The position numbers and the translations under genes are program-made. DNA of 32,000 nt from positions 450,001 to 482,000 of the forward strand of contig NC_009925.1 in the NCBI RefSeq assembly GCF_000018105.1, written 5' to 3'. The stretch's first letter is position 1. Every line of letters starts with the position of its first letter. This document shows, in pieces, positions 1 to 8,976 of this stretch. The notes below the pieces were generated by a model that saw nothing but the letters and a program-made list of their open reading frames with translations, did no database searches and had not been told where the DNA came from. The stretch comes from Acaryochloris marina MBIC11017 (lineage in GTDB: Bacteria; Cyanobacteriota; Cyanobacteriia; Thermosynechococcales; Thermosynechococcaceae).

Positions 1-175
1 CCTGATTGCTCTGTAAACATTGATCAACTGCTCATTGTCTTCAAGCCGATGGTGCTTTGAATTATCCTACCTGCAGCCAACTCACTATCAGCCTGTGTGC
101 ATAACGCTCTTTATATAGCTAAATAGATATATGGCTATATAATTTAATTAGACTGAATTGCGATTCCTCTTCGTT

Positions 176-3100
176 ATGGTCCACTCCTCTGTTGTTGCTC
201 CGTCGCATAAATTGAGCCTTGTGGGTCGGATTACGGCTTACTTTATCAACTCTCAAGTGACGGTTTTGCTGATTGCTGCCCTTGTTCTGTTTGGAGTTGG
301 GGCAGCCGTCTTCACCCCGCAAGAAGAAAATCCTCAAATTGTGGTTCCAGCGGCTGAGGTTATCCTGCCTTATCCCGGTGTTTCTGCGGAGGTGGTAGAG
401 AATATGGTCACTAACCCCATAGAGGCTAAGTTGCGAGAACTCACAGGAGTGGAGCATCTCTATTCCGTCTCCCAAAACTCAGGGGCCAAAATTACTGTGC
501 AGTATTTTGTGGGGGAAGACTGGGAAGATTCTCTCTTCAAACTGCAAAATCATCTCTACAATCATCAAGATCTACTGCCCCCAGAGGCGTCCTATCTCGT
601 CAAACCAGTGATTATCGATGATGTTCCTATTGTGACCCTGACGTTGACAGGGAAAGGCTATACCGATAACCAGCTTCGTCGAGTGGGAGAGCGACTTCTC
701 AATGATTTACGTAGTATTCCAGACACCGCCAATTTGACGATGGTGGGTGGGAAACCCCGTGCCATTCGGGTGGACTTGGACCCCGATAAACTGGCTAGTT
801 ATCGCCTCTCCCCTGCTCAGATTAGTCAGCAACTCCAGGTGGAGAATGTCCAACTGCCCACGGGGGATGTATCTGTTGGAGAAACCCGCCTATTTTTAGA
901 AGGGGGCAATCTGTTTCAGTCTGCCGCAGATGTGGGGGAGATTATGGTGGGCTTTGGCACTGCCACGGATCAGGGCCATCCCCGTCCCATTTACCTCAAA
1001 GATGTGGCGGCGGTCGTGGATGATTTTGGCGATCTCACCACGGTATCGCGAATTCATTATCGACCAGACTGGGATATTGCCAATCCCTATCCAGACCCCA
1101 GCAGTCAGGCTCAAGGGGAATTTATCACCCAGCCTGCGATGACGATTGGAATCGCTAAGAAAAAAGGCACGAATGCGGTTACCGTTGCCCAGCAGATTTT
1201 TGATCGAGTGGATGATCTCCAATCCCAACTGCCACCGGGGGTGCAAATTGCCGTTACCCGGAATGATGGTCAGACCGCTGCCAGGGCCGTCGGCGATCTC
1301 TACCAAAGTTTGCTGATCGCCATTGCCACTGTCGTGGGGCTACTTGTGATGTTCCTGGGGTGGCGGGAAGCTGCCATTGTCGCCTTTGTGATTCCCCTGA
1401 CCTTAGCGGGGACACTAGCCGTAGGCTGGTTAGCGGGACAGACGATTAATCGTATTACCCTGTTTGCCCTGATCTTGGCCTTGGGGACGTTGGTGGATGA
1501 TGCGATCGCAGTTACCGAGAATATTCACCGCCACTTTGAATCTGTGCTGCCATCTGACCGACGGCAGAAAACGGCTGCCGCCATTAGCGCTGTTAATGAA
1601 CTGGGCACCCCGATCCTGTTATCGACAATCACCGTTATATTGGCCTTCTTACCGATGAGATTTGTGACGGGAATGATGGGACCATATATGGGACCGATTC
1701 CCTTTAATGTGCCGGTGGCGATGCTGATTAGCACAACCCTAGCCGTAACGGTGACGCCTTTTTTAGCCCTACGTTTAATTCAGCTACAGCCCCACTCAAA
1801 GACATTGCCCAGTATTCAACAGACCCGCATTTATCGCGGCTATCGCTGGGTGATGGCTCCCCTCCTTGACTCCGCGTCCCGACGACGATTTGTATTGCTG
1901 GGGGTGACGGGATTACTCTTAGCAACAATGATCTTACCCCTGACTCAGGCGGTGCGGTTTCGGATGCTGCCGAAAGCCGATAAAGATACCTTCCTGGTGC
2001 AAGTAGATGCCCCCTTGGGGACGGAGTTAGCGACCACCAATCACCTGGTTGAAGATTTAGAGGCTGTCCTCCAACAAGAGACTGACATTACTCATTTTGA
2101 AACCTATGTCGGTACGGGGTCACCCCTTGACTTCAATGGGATGCTGCGAGGAGCCACAGATCGCCAAGCCGAACATTTTGCCGATATCCGGGTCCATCTC
2201 ACGAATAAAGACGCTCGATCGCGCCAATCAGAAGCCATTGTCTTTGCCCTGCGTCCCCAGTTAGAACAGATGGCGACACGCCATAATGCCCTCGTCAAGC
2301 TCGTGGAAGATCCCCCTGGTCCTCCGGTTCGCTCAACGATGTTGGCGGAAGTGTATGGTCCTGACTATGGGCAACTGCGGGCATTAGCCAAGCAAGTGCG
2401 ACAAGTCTTTGCCCAAACTGATGCCGTGGTGGATATTGACGATTCAGTTAAAAATCAAATGCCCCAAATGCGACTGGTCGTGGATCGAGAGAAAGCCCAG
2501 CGAGCAAGATTGGCAACCCAAGAGATTGCTCAGACGTTACGGGTTGCGATCGCAGGTGCCCAAGTCTCCACCCTGAAAGTTGCCGATGAACTGAGTCCCG
2601 TCGGCATCCAAGTCCGCTTTGCAGATGCCAATCGCCAGAGTATGGATGACCTGCATCGGATTCAACTGCCCACTGCCAACGACGCTTTAGTGTCCCTCTC
2701 AGAACTGGTGCAGTTTCAACCTACCACCGTCGATCAACCTATTTTCCATAAGGATCAGCGGGCCGTCAGCTATGTGATGGGGGAAATGGGCGATCGATCG
2801 TCTGTGTATGCTGTCATCGATCAATTGGTCTACTTTTGGCGGCATCCTTTACCCCAGGGTTATTGGATTCAGTGGGATGGTGAATGGAAGCTTACCCTGG
2901 ATGTGTTTAGAGATTTAGGCTTAGCCATGCTGGTGGCAGTCCTACTGATTTATCTGATTCTCGTCGGTCAGTTTCGCAGCTTTAAGGTGCCCTTGATTAT
3001 TCTGGGCAGCATTCCTCTCGCCTTAATTGGAATTTTGATTGGTTTTTCCCTCAACGGCGTCTACTTCAGTGCCACAGCCATGATTGGGGTGATTGCCTTA

Positions 3101-3400
3101 GCGGGAATCGTCGTCCGCAATGCCATCGTCTTGCTAGAGTTCGTGGGGGATAAATTGCGAGAAGGGACTGACTTGAAGCTGGCTATTCTCGAAGCAGGGG
3201 CGACTCGTTTTCGCCCCATCCTTCTCACGAGTGTCACTACGATGTTAGGCACCCTCTCCATCCTCAGCGATCCAGTTTGGTCGGGATTAGCTTGGACACT
3301 ACTTAGTGGAATGCTAGCGTCATCCCTGCTGACCTTAGTTGTGATTCCACTCATGTACTACGGTGAATGTCGGAATCCTGATAGTCTCACCAACCCATAA
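176..3400 (+). CDS. RND-family efflux transporter permease (AcrB/AcrD/AcrF-type)
   Basis: A 1080-aa ORF with the typical RND layout: an N-terminal TM segment, a large periplasmic loop, a TM bundle, a second loop and a second TM bundle. It carries conserved stretches such as LALGTLVDDAIAVTENI and VVRNAIVLLEF. The track ORF starts at TTG 158. The first in-frame ATG is at 176, which I prefer. No adaptor (MFP) gene is visible inside the window. Confidence 0.9.
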   Translation: MVHSSVVAPSHKLSLVGRITAYFINSQVTVLLIAALVLFGVGAAVFTPQEENPQIVVPAAEVILPYPGVSAEVVENMVTNPIEAKLRELTGVEHLYSVSQNSGAKITVQYFVGEDWEDSLFKLQNHLYNHQDLLPPEASYLVKPVIIDDVPIVTLTLTGKGYTDNQLRRVGERLLNDLRSIPDTANLTMVGGKPRAIRVDLDPDKLASYRLSPAQISQQLQVENVQLPTGDVSVGETRLFLEGGNLFQSAADVGEIMVGFGTATDQGHPRPIYLKDVAAVVDDFGDLTTVSRIHYRPDWDIANPYPDPSSQAQGEFITQPAMTIGIAKKKGTNAVTVAQQIFDRVDDLQSQLPPGVQIAVTRNDGQTAARAVGDLYQSLLIAIATVVGLLVMFLGWREAAIVAFVIPLTLAGTLAVGWLAGQTINRITLFALILALGTLVDDAIAVTENIHRHFESVLPSDRRQKTAAAISAVNELGTPILLSTITVILAFLPMRFVTGMMGPYMGPIPFNVPVAMLISTTLAVTVTPFLALRLIQLQPHSKTLPSIQQTRIYRGYRWVMAPLLDSASRRRFVLLGVTGLLLATMILPLTQAVRFRMLPKADKDTFLVQVDAPLGTELATTNHLVEDLEAVLQQETDITHFETYVGTGSPLDFNGMLRGATDRQAEHFADIRVHLTNKDARSRQSEAIVFALRPQLEQMATRHNALVKLVEDPPGPPVRSTMLAEVYGPDYGQLRALAKQVRQVFAQTDAVVDIDDSVKNQMPQMRLVVDREKAQRARLATQEIAQTLRVAIAGAQVSTLKVADELSPVGIQVRFADANRQSMDDLHRIQLPTANDALVSLSELVQFQPTTVDQPIFHKDQRAVSYVMGEMGDRSSVYAVIDQLVYFWRHPLPQGYWIQWDGEWKLTLDVFRDLGLAMLVAVLLIYLILVGQFRSFKVPLIILGSIPLALIGILIGFSLNGVYFSATAMIGVIALAGIVVRNAIVLLEFVGDKLREGTDLKLAILEAGATRFRPILLTSVTTMLGTLSILSDPVWSGLAWTLLSGMLASSLLTLVVIPLMYYGECRNPDSLTNP

Positions 3401-3562
3401 CAGGAGAAGTTAAGCTGTTTCATGAGCAAACATTGCCGTAGTGGACGTCTAGAGAGAAATGGTTCGGTACGGTCCAAACAAGGGCAACACTTTTGAATTG
3501 ACAGAATGAATTAAAACTACAATCAGACATAGGCTTTAAGAATTTATCTACTGCAGAAAGTG

Positions 3563-3916
3563 TCACCCAAATTTCTTTGACGTTGAACCGTACTGATTGA
3601 AAAGCTCAGGTTCTAAGCTATGGATGGGTTGATCTTGGCAGCAGGGAATAGAGCATCGGGACCCATGATGCGGTTCAGGGCGATTTTGCTCATCTACCCA
3701 TTCATAAAACGTCAGGGCATGACCATCACAAAAGGTACAGCCATGACATTTTGTAGGAACAGGGGCTTGCCGCACCCGACCCTTACGAATCAGTTTATGG
3801 ATCATCGCCTGTAGGGCTTGGCCTTCAATATGGAAATGTTGCTCCATCTCGGCCAGAGAAACCAGATGACCGTTATGGATAAAGTCTTGAACGTCCTGCA
3901 AAATCATAACGGTCAT
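3563..3916 (-). CDS. feoC: FeoC-like winged-helix protein with an extended Cys-rich C-terminal tail
   Basis: It lies 27 nt downstream of feoB on the same strand. The N-terminal ~75 aa align by eye with E. coli FeoC (LQDVQDFI...LAEMEQHF...AMIHKLIRKGRV...CHGCTFC...YEWV). About 40 extra C-terminal residues contain three more Cys (CSIPCC). Confidence 0.65.
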   Translation of the reverse strand: MTVMILQDVQDFIHNGHLVSLAEMEQHFHIEGQALQAMIHKLIRKGRVRQAPVPTKCHGCTFCDGHALTFYEWVDEQNRPEPHHGSRCSIPCCQDQPIHSLEPELFNQYGSTSKKFG

Positions 3917-3943
3917 CCTGCAATGTTTGATACGAGCTGGGCT

Positions 3944-6304
3944 TTAACGCCTACCTGCGGTTACTTTTGGTCTATTAGTGCTTTTGATTGGACTAATGGA
4001 GATGGTATTTCGCTGAGTACCGAAGCTTTTCAAAAGACCAATCACTGCAACCATCACCACTACTCCGCCTCCAATCCAAACAGTAGAGAACCCAGGATGC
4101 TGGGCGAATGTAGCCATTTGGTAAAACATGGTCGCCACCCAATAGGCCAAGCCAGTCGTCCAAGCCGCGACCAAGGCCGTCCAGCCTAAATTGGTTTCTC
4201 GGTAAACCGCTCCAGTTGCTGCGACACAGGGAAAATACATCAGCACGAACAAGAGATAGGCAAAAGCCGCCGTTGAAGTACCAAACCGCTGAGCCATTTG
4301 GCCAAAGGTACTTGTGGAGAGTTCTTGTTCCTCAGCCACTGCACTCTGATCTTGGACATCACCAACATTTAATCCCAGCGGATCGAGCAATTGATTCCCC
4401 AAACTGACTATATTGGTCGGGATGCTAACAAAGGCAGCCTGAAGATTCTCACCCAAATTAAAGGGAGGATCTGCCTCGCTGGGTGCTGCTTCTTCGGCCA
4501 GTTGACCGTAGAGCGAATCCAACGATCCCACCATGGCCTCCTTAGCAAAGACACCTGTAAAAATACCCACCGTCGCTGGCCAATTCTCGGCTTGAACGCC
4601 CATAGGGGCAAACATAGGCGTAATGGTTCGACTGCTGGCTGACAACACTGAGTTTTGGCTATCCTGCTGACCAAAGGAGCCATCAGTGCCAACAGAATTT
4701 AAGAAGGCCAGAACCATCACCATCAGCACAATCATCTTGCCCGCTTTCAGCAAGAAGGTTTTGAGGCGATCCCCAGCCCGCAGAAAAACCCCTTTAATTT
4801 TAGGGATGTGATATGGGGGTAATTCCATTACCAGTGGGGATGCTTCGCCCTGCATAATCGTGTTTTTCATTACAAACCCGGTAAAGACGGCGGCAGCGAT
4901 CCCAATTAGGTATAGGCCAAATACCAAATTCTGACCATTACGGGGAAAAAAGGCCGCTGCAAACAGTGCATACACAGGTAACCTGGCCCCACAGGACATA
5001 AAGGGATTCATCATGATTGTCATCAGGCGATCGCGTCGGTTTTCCAAAGTTCGAGTCGCCATAATTGCCGGTACATTACAGCCAAATCCCACCAACATGG
5101 GAATAAACGATTTACCCGGCAAGCCGACAAACCGCATCAGCTTATCCATCACAAACGCGGCTCTGGCCATATAGCCTGAATCTTCTAGCAACGCCAGAAT
5201 CAGAAACAGCAGACCAATTTGGGGGATAAACGTCGCGACGGTTTGGATGCCACTCCCCGCTGCGATGATGATACCCGTGAGCCAGCCCGGTGTGCCAATG
5301 GACTCAAGCCAAGTTTGAGGCGCATCGACAAATAGTGTCCCCACGGCAATATCGAAAAAGTCGATAAAGGCCCCACCGATATTAATGGCAATGAAAAACA
5401 TCAAATACATCACCACCAAAAATAGGGGAATGCCAATCCAGCGATTGAGGACGACCTGATCAATCTGATCCGATTTGGAGTGACTGACCTGATGGGTTTG
5501 TTGAACCGCCGCTTGCATCAGACTGCGGATATAGCCATAGCGGGTATCCGCCACCAAAATATCGATATCCTCATGCAACAACTGGTGAACTTGGCGACGA
5601 TGTTTGGCAATGATTTGCTCAAGCTGCTGTCCCTGCAACTCTGGGGCCACCCGATTTTCATATTCCAGCAACTTCAAAGCGGTCCAGCGAGGCGCAATTT
5701 TAGAATTATGCCCCTGTTGTTGGACGATCGGCTCTAGCTGATGGATGGCATCCTCAATCACTGCAGGGTAAGTGACAAAGGTAGGATGATTTTTCGGATC
5801 ATCAACATAGCTATTAATAATATCTTTGATTTCGTGGATGCCCTCTCCTAGAAACGCACTCATGGTACTCACGGGGCAGCCTATACGTTGGGATAGCACC
5901 TGCGCATCAATGTCCAAGTCGTGATCCTGAGCAATGTCCATCATATTTAGGGCAACCACCATGGGCAGTCCCATTTCCATGATTTGGGTGGTGAGGTAGA
6001 GATTTCGCTCCAAGTTAGAGGCATCGACAATATTCAAAATTAAATCGGCCTCGGTGGACAGTAGATAGTCGCGGGCAATCACTTCGTCTAAACCCGTACT
6101 GTCATCTTCGCCATCTAGGGAATACACCCCAGGCAAATCCACCACCGTCGTTTTGGTGCCATTGTAGTGATAGTGTCCCGTTTTCTGATCAACGGTCACC
6201 CCTGGCCAATTACCCGTTCGCTGGTTCGTTCCAGTTAAATCGTTAAAAAGAGTGGTTTTACCACAGTTTGGGTTGCCAATTAAGGCAATGGTCGGTGTTG
6301 ACAT
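3944..6304 (-). CDS. feoB: Ferrous iron transporter FeoB (N-terminal GTPase plus membrane permease)
   Basis: The G1 motif GNPNCGKTTLFN is at the N-terminus, followed by G-domain motifs and a polytopic membrane domain typical of FeoB (786 aa). The start codon is 2 nt after the feoA stop. Confidence 0.95.
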   Translation of the reverse strand: MSTPTIALIGNPNCGKTTLFNDLTGTNQRTGNWPGVTVDQKTGHYHYNGTKTTVVDLPGVYSLDGEDDSTGLDEVIARDYLLSTEADLILNIVDASNLERNLYLTTQIMEMGLPMVVALNMMDIAQDHDLDIDAQVLSQRIGCPVSTMSAFLGEGIHEIKDIINSYVDDPKNHPTFVTYPAVIEDAIHQLEPIVQQQGHNSKIAPRWTALKLLEYENRVAPELQGQQLEQIIAKHRRQVHQLLHEDIDILVADTRYGYIRSLMQAAVQQTHQVSHSKSDQIDQVVLNRWIGIPLFLVVMYLMFFIAINIGGAFIDFFDIAVGTLFVDAPQTWLESIGTPGWLTGIIIAAGSGIQTVATFIPQIGLLFLILALLEDSGYMARAAFVMDKLMRFVGLPGKSFIPMLVGFGCNVPAIMATRTLENRRDRLMTIMMNPFMSCGARLPVYALFAAAFFPRNGQNLVFGLYLIGIAAAVFTGFVMKNTIMQGEASPLVMELPPYHIPKIKGVFLRAGDRLKTFLLKAGKMIVLMVMVLAFLNSVGTDGSFGQQDSQNSVLSASSRTITPMFAPMGVQAENWPATVGIFTGVFAKEAMVGSLDSLYGQLAEEAAPSEADPPFNLGENLQAAFVSIPTNIVSLGNQLLDPLGLNVGDVQDQSAVAEEQELSTSTFGQMAQRFGTSTAAFAYLLFVLMYFPCVAATGAVYRETNLGWTALVAAWTTGLAYWVATMFYQMATFAQHPGFSTVWIGGGVVVMVAVIGLLKSFGTQRNTISISPIKSTNRPKVTAGRR

Positions 6305-6306
6305 GA

Positions 6307-6861
6307 CTATTCCTGCACCTCTTGGACAATCAATAAGGCGGCTTCCGCTTGACGAAGGCTAAGCCGAAACCCTCGAACTTTGATTTCTACGGGATCACCG
6401 AGGGGAGCTATATGGGTCACGGTAAATTCAGTGCCCGGGGTAAGGCCCATGGCCAATAGCTTCTTTTTATAGGCTCTGAGGTCTGGGGTATCCGTAGCGG
6501 CAAAACCTTTGACCTTGCCTGTTTGGTGAAGCTGAAAATCTTTAAGGGTTAAGGGGGCGGTTTGTTCCATGTTGGCAGGGTCTCCCATGACGTTTTCTGG
6601 AGCTGTTAACGGCTGATCCGACACTAAAATTTGCTCAGCAATATTCTGGTTGAGGCCAATGCGGGTTTCGCCGATACGAACCACCAAATTTCCAGCGACC
6701 ATCTGTAAGACTTCAATGGCAGTCCCAGGTGCCAACCCCATGCCGATTAGTTGATTCGTCTTGGCACTGTTTCGATAGCCAACAATCCACAGTTGTTGTG
6801 GCGGTTGCATATTTGCCAAACTCTGACAAGAATCAGTAGGGCCATATAGGTTAATCGTCAC
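6307..6861 (-). CDS. feoA: FeoA-family protein with two tandem FeoA (SH3-like) domains
   Basis: Two FeoA-like repeats are present (...LIGMGLAPGTAIEVLQ...VVRIGETRIGL... and ...LLAMGLTPGTEFTVTH...VEIKVRGFRLSLR...). It sits directly upstream of feoB. The true start may be the internal Met (MQPPQQ...). Confidence 0.8.
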   Translation of the reverse strand: MTINLYGPTDSCQSLANMQPPQQLWIVGYRNSAKTNQLIGMGLAPGTAIEVLQMVAGNLVVRIGETRIGLNQNIAEQILVSDQPLTAPENVMGDPANMEQTAPLTLKDFQLHQTGKVKGFAATDTPDLRAYKKKLLAMGLTPGTEFTVTHIAPLGDPVEIKVRGFRLSLRQAEAALLIVQEVQE

Positions 6862-7040
6862 AACCAGAATTTCCTCAACAAGCGAATCAGAAACGGTCTG
6901 CTGACCATTCGTATCAGCAGAAAAAATATAATTTTGAAAAGATCAAAGAATTACTGCTGATCGCAGCAGCAAGCTATGTGAAATTTGATAGCTATTTCTA
7001 ACTAACTCACAAGCTGTATGGTGAAACGTTAGATTTACGG

Positions 7041-7070
7041 CTTATTCAATTAATAGAAATTATCAATAAG
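7041..7070. promoter_or_regulatory. Fur-box-like AT-rich inverted repeat upstream of feoA
   Basis: In the sequence cttattcaattaatagaaattatcaataag, the outer arms cttatt/aataag are complementary. An ATTATC hexamer and other NAT(A/T)AT-like hexamers lie inside it. It is about 180 nt upstream of the feoA ORF start. This is resemblance only. Confidence 0.3.
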
Positions 7071-7201
7071 CTGCTTTTTTGTGTCTACCCCTTTAAGACT
7101 GATTTAACAAAGTTATTGCTCGTTAAGACCGTAGAAATGCTTTCACCACAATCAATTCATCTCGGAAAGGGAGTTTTTGGGGTTCTATAACAACAAATAA
7201 T

Positions 7202-7223
7202 TTTTTTGATTTAAATCAAAAAA
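7202..7223. promoter_or_regulatory. Perfect 22-bp palindrome TTTTTTGATTTAAATCAAAAAA (candidate metalloregulator operator)
   Basis: Read directly from the sequence. It lies in the divergent feoA / CDF intergenic region, about 100 nt upstream of the CDF start. The core TGATTTAAATCA loosely resembles Fur/Zur-type 7-1-7 sites. Confidence 0.35.
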
Positions 7224-7322
7224 TACTCGTTCTACTTAATTCCAAAGTTGCAGCAAACCATATTGATGACTGAAGATAGATCTCAATAGCAGTTCGTAAA
7301 TAAAAACAGCCTCAGTAGCTCC

Positions 7323-8218
7323 ATGATCTTCGATAATCGCCAAGATGTGCGCAATGTGCTCGTCACAGTCTTGTTTTTAAATGTGACGGTGATGCTCATT
7401 AAAGCTGGACTCGGCTGGTGGACTGGGTCCCTTAGCTTATTTGCCGATGCCCTCCATAGCATTACGGATAGTGCCAATAATGTCCTGGGATTGACGATGA
7501 ATCGATTGGCATCCCCTGAACCGGATCGAGAACATCCCTATGGACATCAGAAATTTGATGCTATCGGCGCATTAGGTATTGCTGCATTTTTAGGAATTGC
7601 CTGCTTTGAAATTTTAGAAGGGGCGGTGGGACACCTCTTCAACCATGAGTCTCCCGGGGAGATGTCTCCCCAAGTCTTAGAGCTATTGCTGGTGGTGTTG
7701 GGCATCAATATTGTGGTGGCGGTGTACGAACGCCGCGTGGGTGAGCGGGTTGGCAGCAGTATTCTGCTATCGGATGCACAACATACAATGAGCGATATTT
7801 GGATAACTGCCATGGTCATGCTTGGCTTAGTTGGCGTGGGGTTTGGCTATCAGTGGGTCGATGTGTTGCTGGCCTTTCCCGTTTGTGTTTTGGTGTTTGC
7901 CAGTGGCTAGTCAGTATTGCAGCGCAATTTGCTCTGGTTGGTAGATGAAATGGCCGAGCCATCCATGACGCCGTCATTAATGTGCCAGGGGTATTGAACG
8001 CTTCTCGGGGGTTGTTGGGACGACAAGCCTTTATTGAAATGCACCTGGTGGTTGACTCAGATAGCGTTGAAGTGGCCCATAACATCACGGAAGAGGTGGA
8101 AGCCATTCTGGAGCAAAAATATGCCCCTGTCCGGGCCACCATTCACATTGAGCCCCGGTCTTATTCCTCCGAACAAATTAGTTTTGGTGAAGTGTCTGCC
8201 ACAGAGCAAGGCGTCTAA
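7323..8218 (+). pseudogene. Cation diffusion facilitator (CDF) metal exporter, disrupted by a nonsense codon and a frameshift
   Basis: ORF 7323-7910 encodes the CDF TM domain (LFADALHSITDS..., HPYGHQKFD, DAQHTMSD). It ends at TAG 7908-7910, where homologs have Trp (ASG[W]SVLQRNLLWLVDEMA continues in the same frame). Around 7953-7958 the conserved C-terminal domain (AIHDAVINVPGVLN...RGLLGRQAFIEMHLVV...IHIEP) moves to another frame, which matches track ORF 7982-8218. Confidence 0.75.
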
Positions 8219-8266
8219 TCCGAAGAGTTTGGGGATTGACTTAAGGCTATAAGGCGATCGAAATCA
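8215..8266 (-). repeat. Diverged copy of the 3' end of the Crp/Fnr-family gene (partner at 10374-10425)
   Basis: The minus strand reads DFDRLIALSQSPNSSD-stop. The real regulator C-terminus is DRDRLTALSQSPESSE-stop. By eye about 41 of 52 nt are identical, including tggggattgacttaa and aggcgatcg. An in-frame stop lies just upstream, so only about 17 codons survive. Confidence 0.5.
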
Positions 8267-8312
8267 GGCCATCAATATTGATCCCCCTCTGAGACAGCGT
8301 TGCGACACAACC

Positions 8313-8723
8313 CTAGCTATCGATAATGAGTTTTAAGCCATGGACTGGGCAAACAGGAATTTCATCTTCCCGATTCTTGCGATACCAATCCTGGTTGCAT
8401 TTTTCGACCGGACAGATATATCGAGGACTTTCAACGGAATTCTCGATTCCTGGAAGGGGATAATAAACTCTGAGAGCCTTGAGAATATCTTCAGCAGGAT
8501 ATTGTTCCTCCAGATATAACCGGATCCAATCTTGGGTTGATTCATGCTCTGCTAAAAGATGGGAGAGTTGAGTATGGCTGCCTTGTTTTAGTGAAGACTG
8601 GGACAGTAACCCTTCTAGCTGTCTCTCTAGTCGCTGAGCGTTTGGAGCATCAAGAAGTTCTGCTATATATGGCTGGATTGCTATAGCTGCTTTACGGATC
8701 TCATCAGGTGAATATTTCATCAT
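8313..8723 (-). CDS. Hypothetical protein with a C-terminal zinc-ribbon-like CPxxxC...CPxH motif
   Basis: A 136-aa ORF transcribed divergently from sqr. The N-terminal part looks helical, and the C-terminus reads YICPVEKCNQDWYRKNREDEIPVCPVHG. I do not recognise the family. Confidence 0.5.
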   Translation of the reverse strand: MMKYSPDEIRKAAIAIQPYIAELLDAPNAQRLERQLEGLLSQSSLKQGSHTQLSHLLAEHESTQDWIRLYLEEQYPAEDILKALRVYYPLPGIENSVESPRYICPVEKCNQDWYRKNREDEIPVCPVHGLKLIIDS

Positions 8724-8952
8724 TCGTTACTCCCGACAATTATTTGAATTGTTCAGATAGCCTCAACGCTAATGATACTGATCGAGAAGTGGAACTATTC
8801 TCCTATGGAAAAGTAGCAAGTGCAGATATTGCCAATCATCTCGTCTTTGGTGGTCTCTTACTAGACTTAGCAATACATAGTAGAGAAATCCCTCGAAACT
8901 AGAGCCTGAGTCAAAATTAGATTATTTAAATATTAATTAGCTCTCATAACTT

Positions 8953-8966
8953 GGAAAAATTTTTCC
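8953..8966. promoter_or_regulatory. Perfect 14-bp palindrome GGAAAAATTTTTCC just upstream of the sqr start
   Basis: Read directly. It ends 10 nt before ATG 8977. It could be an operator, or just AT-rich leader sequence. Confidence 0.25.
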
Positions 8967-8976
8967 CAGATAATGC

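Noticed and set aside
1-60. An open frame ending at TGA 58-60 that might be the 3' end of an RND adaptor (MFP) gene.
   Set aside because: Only 19 codons are visible and they carry no diagnostic motif, so the call cannot be supported.
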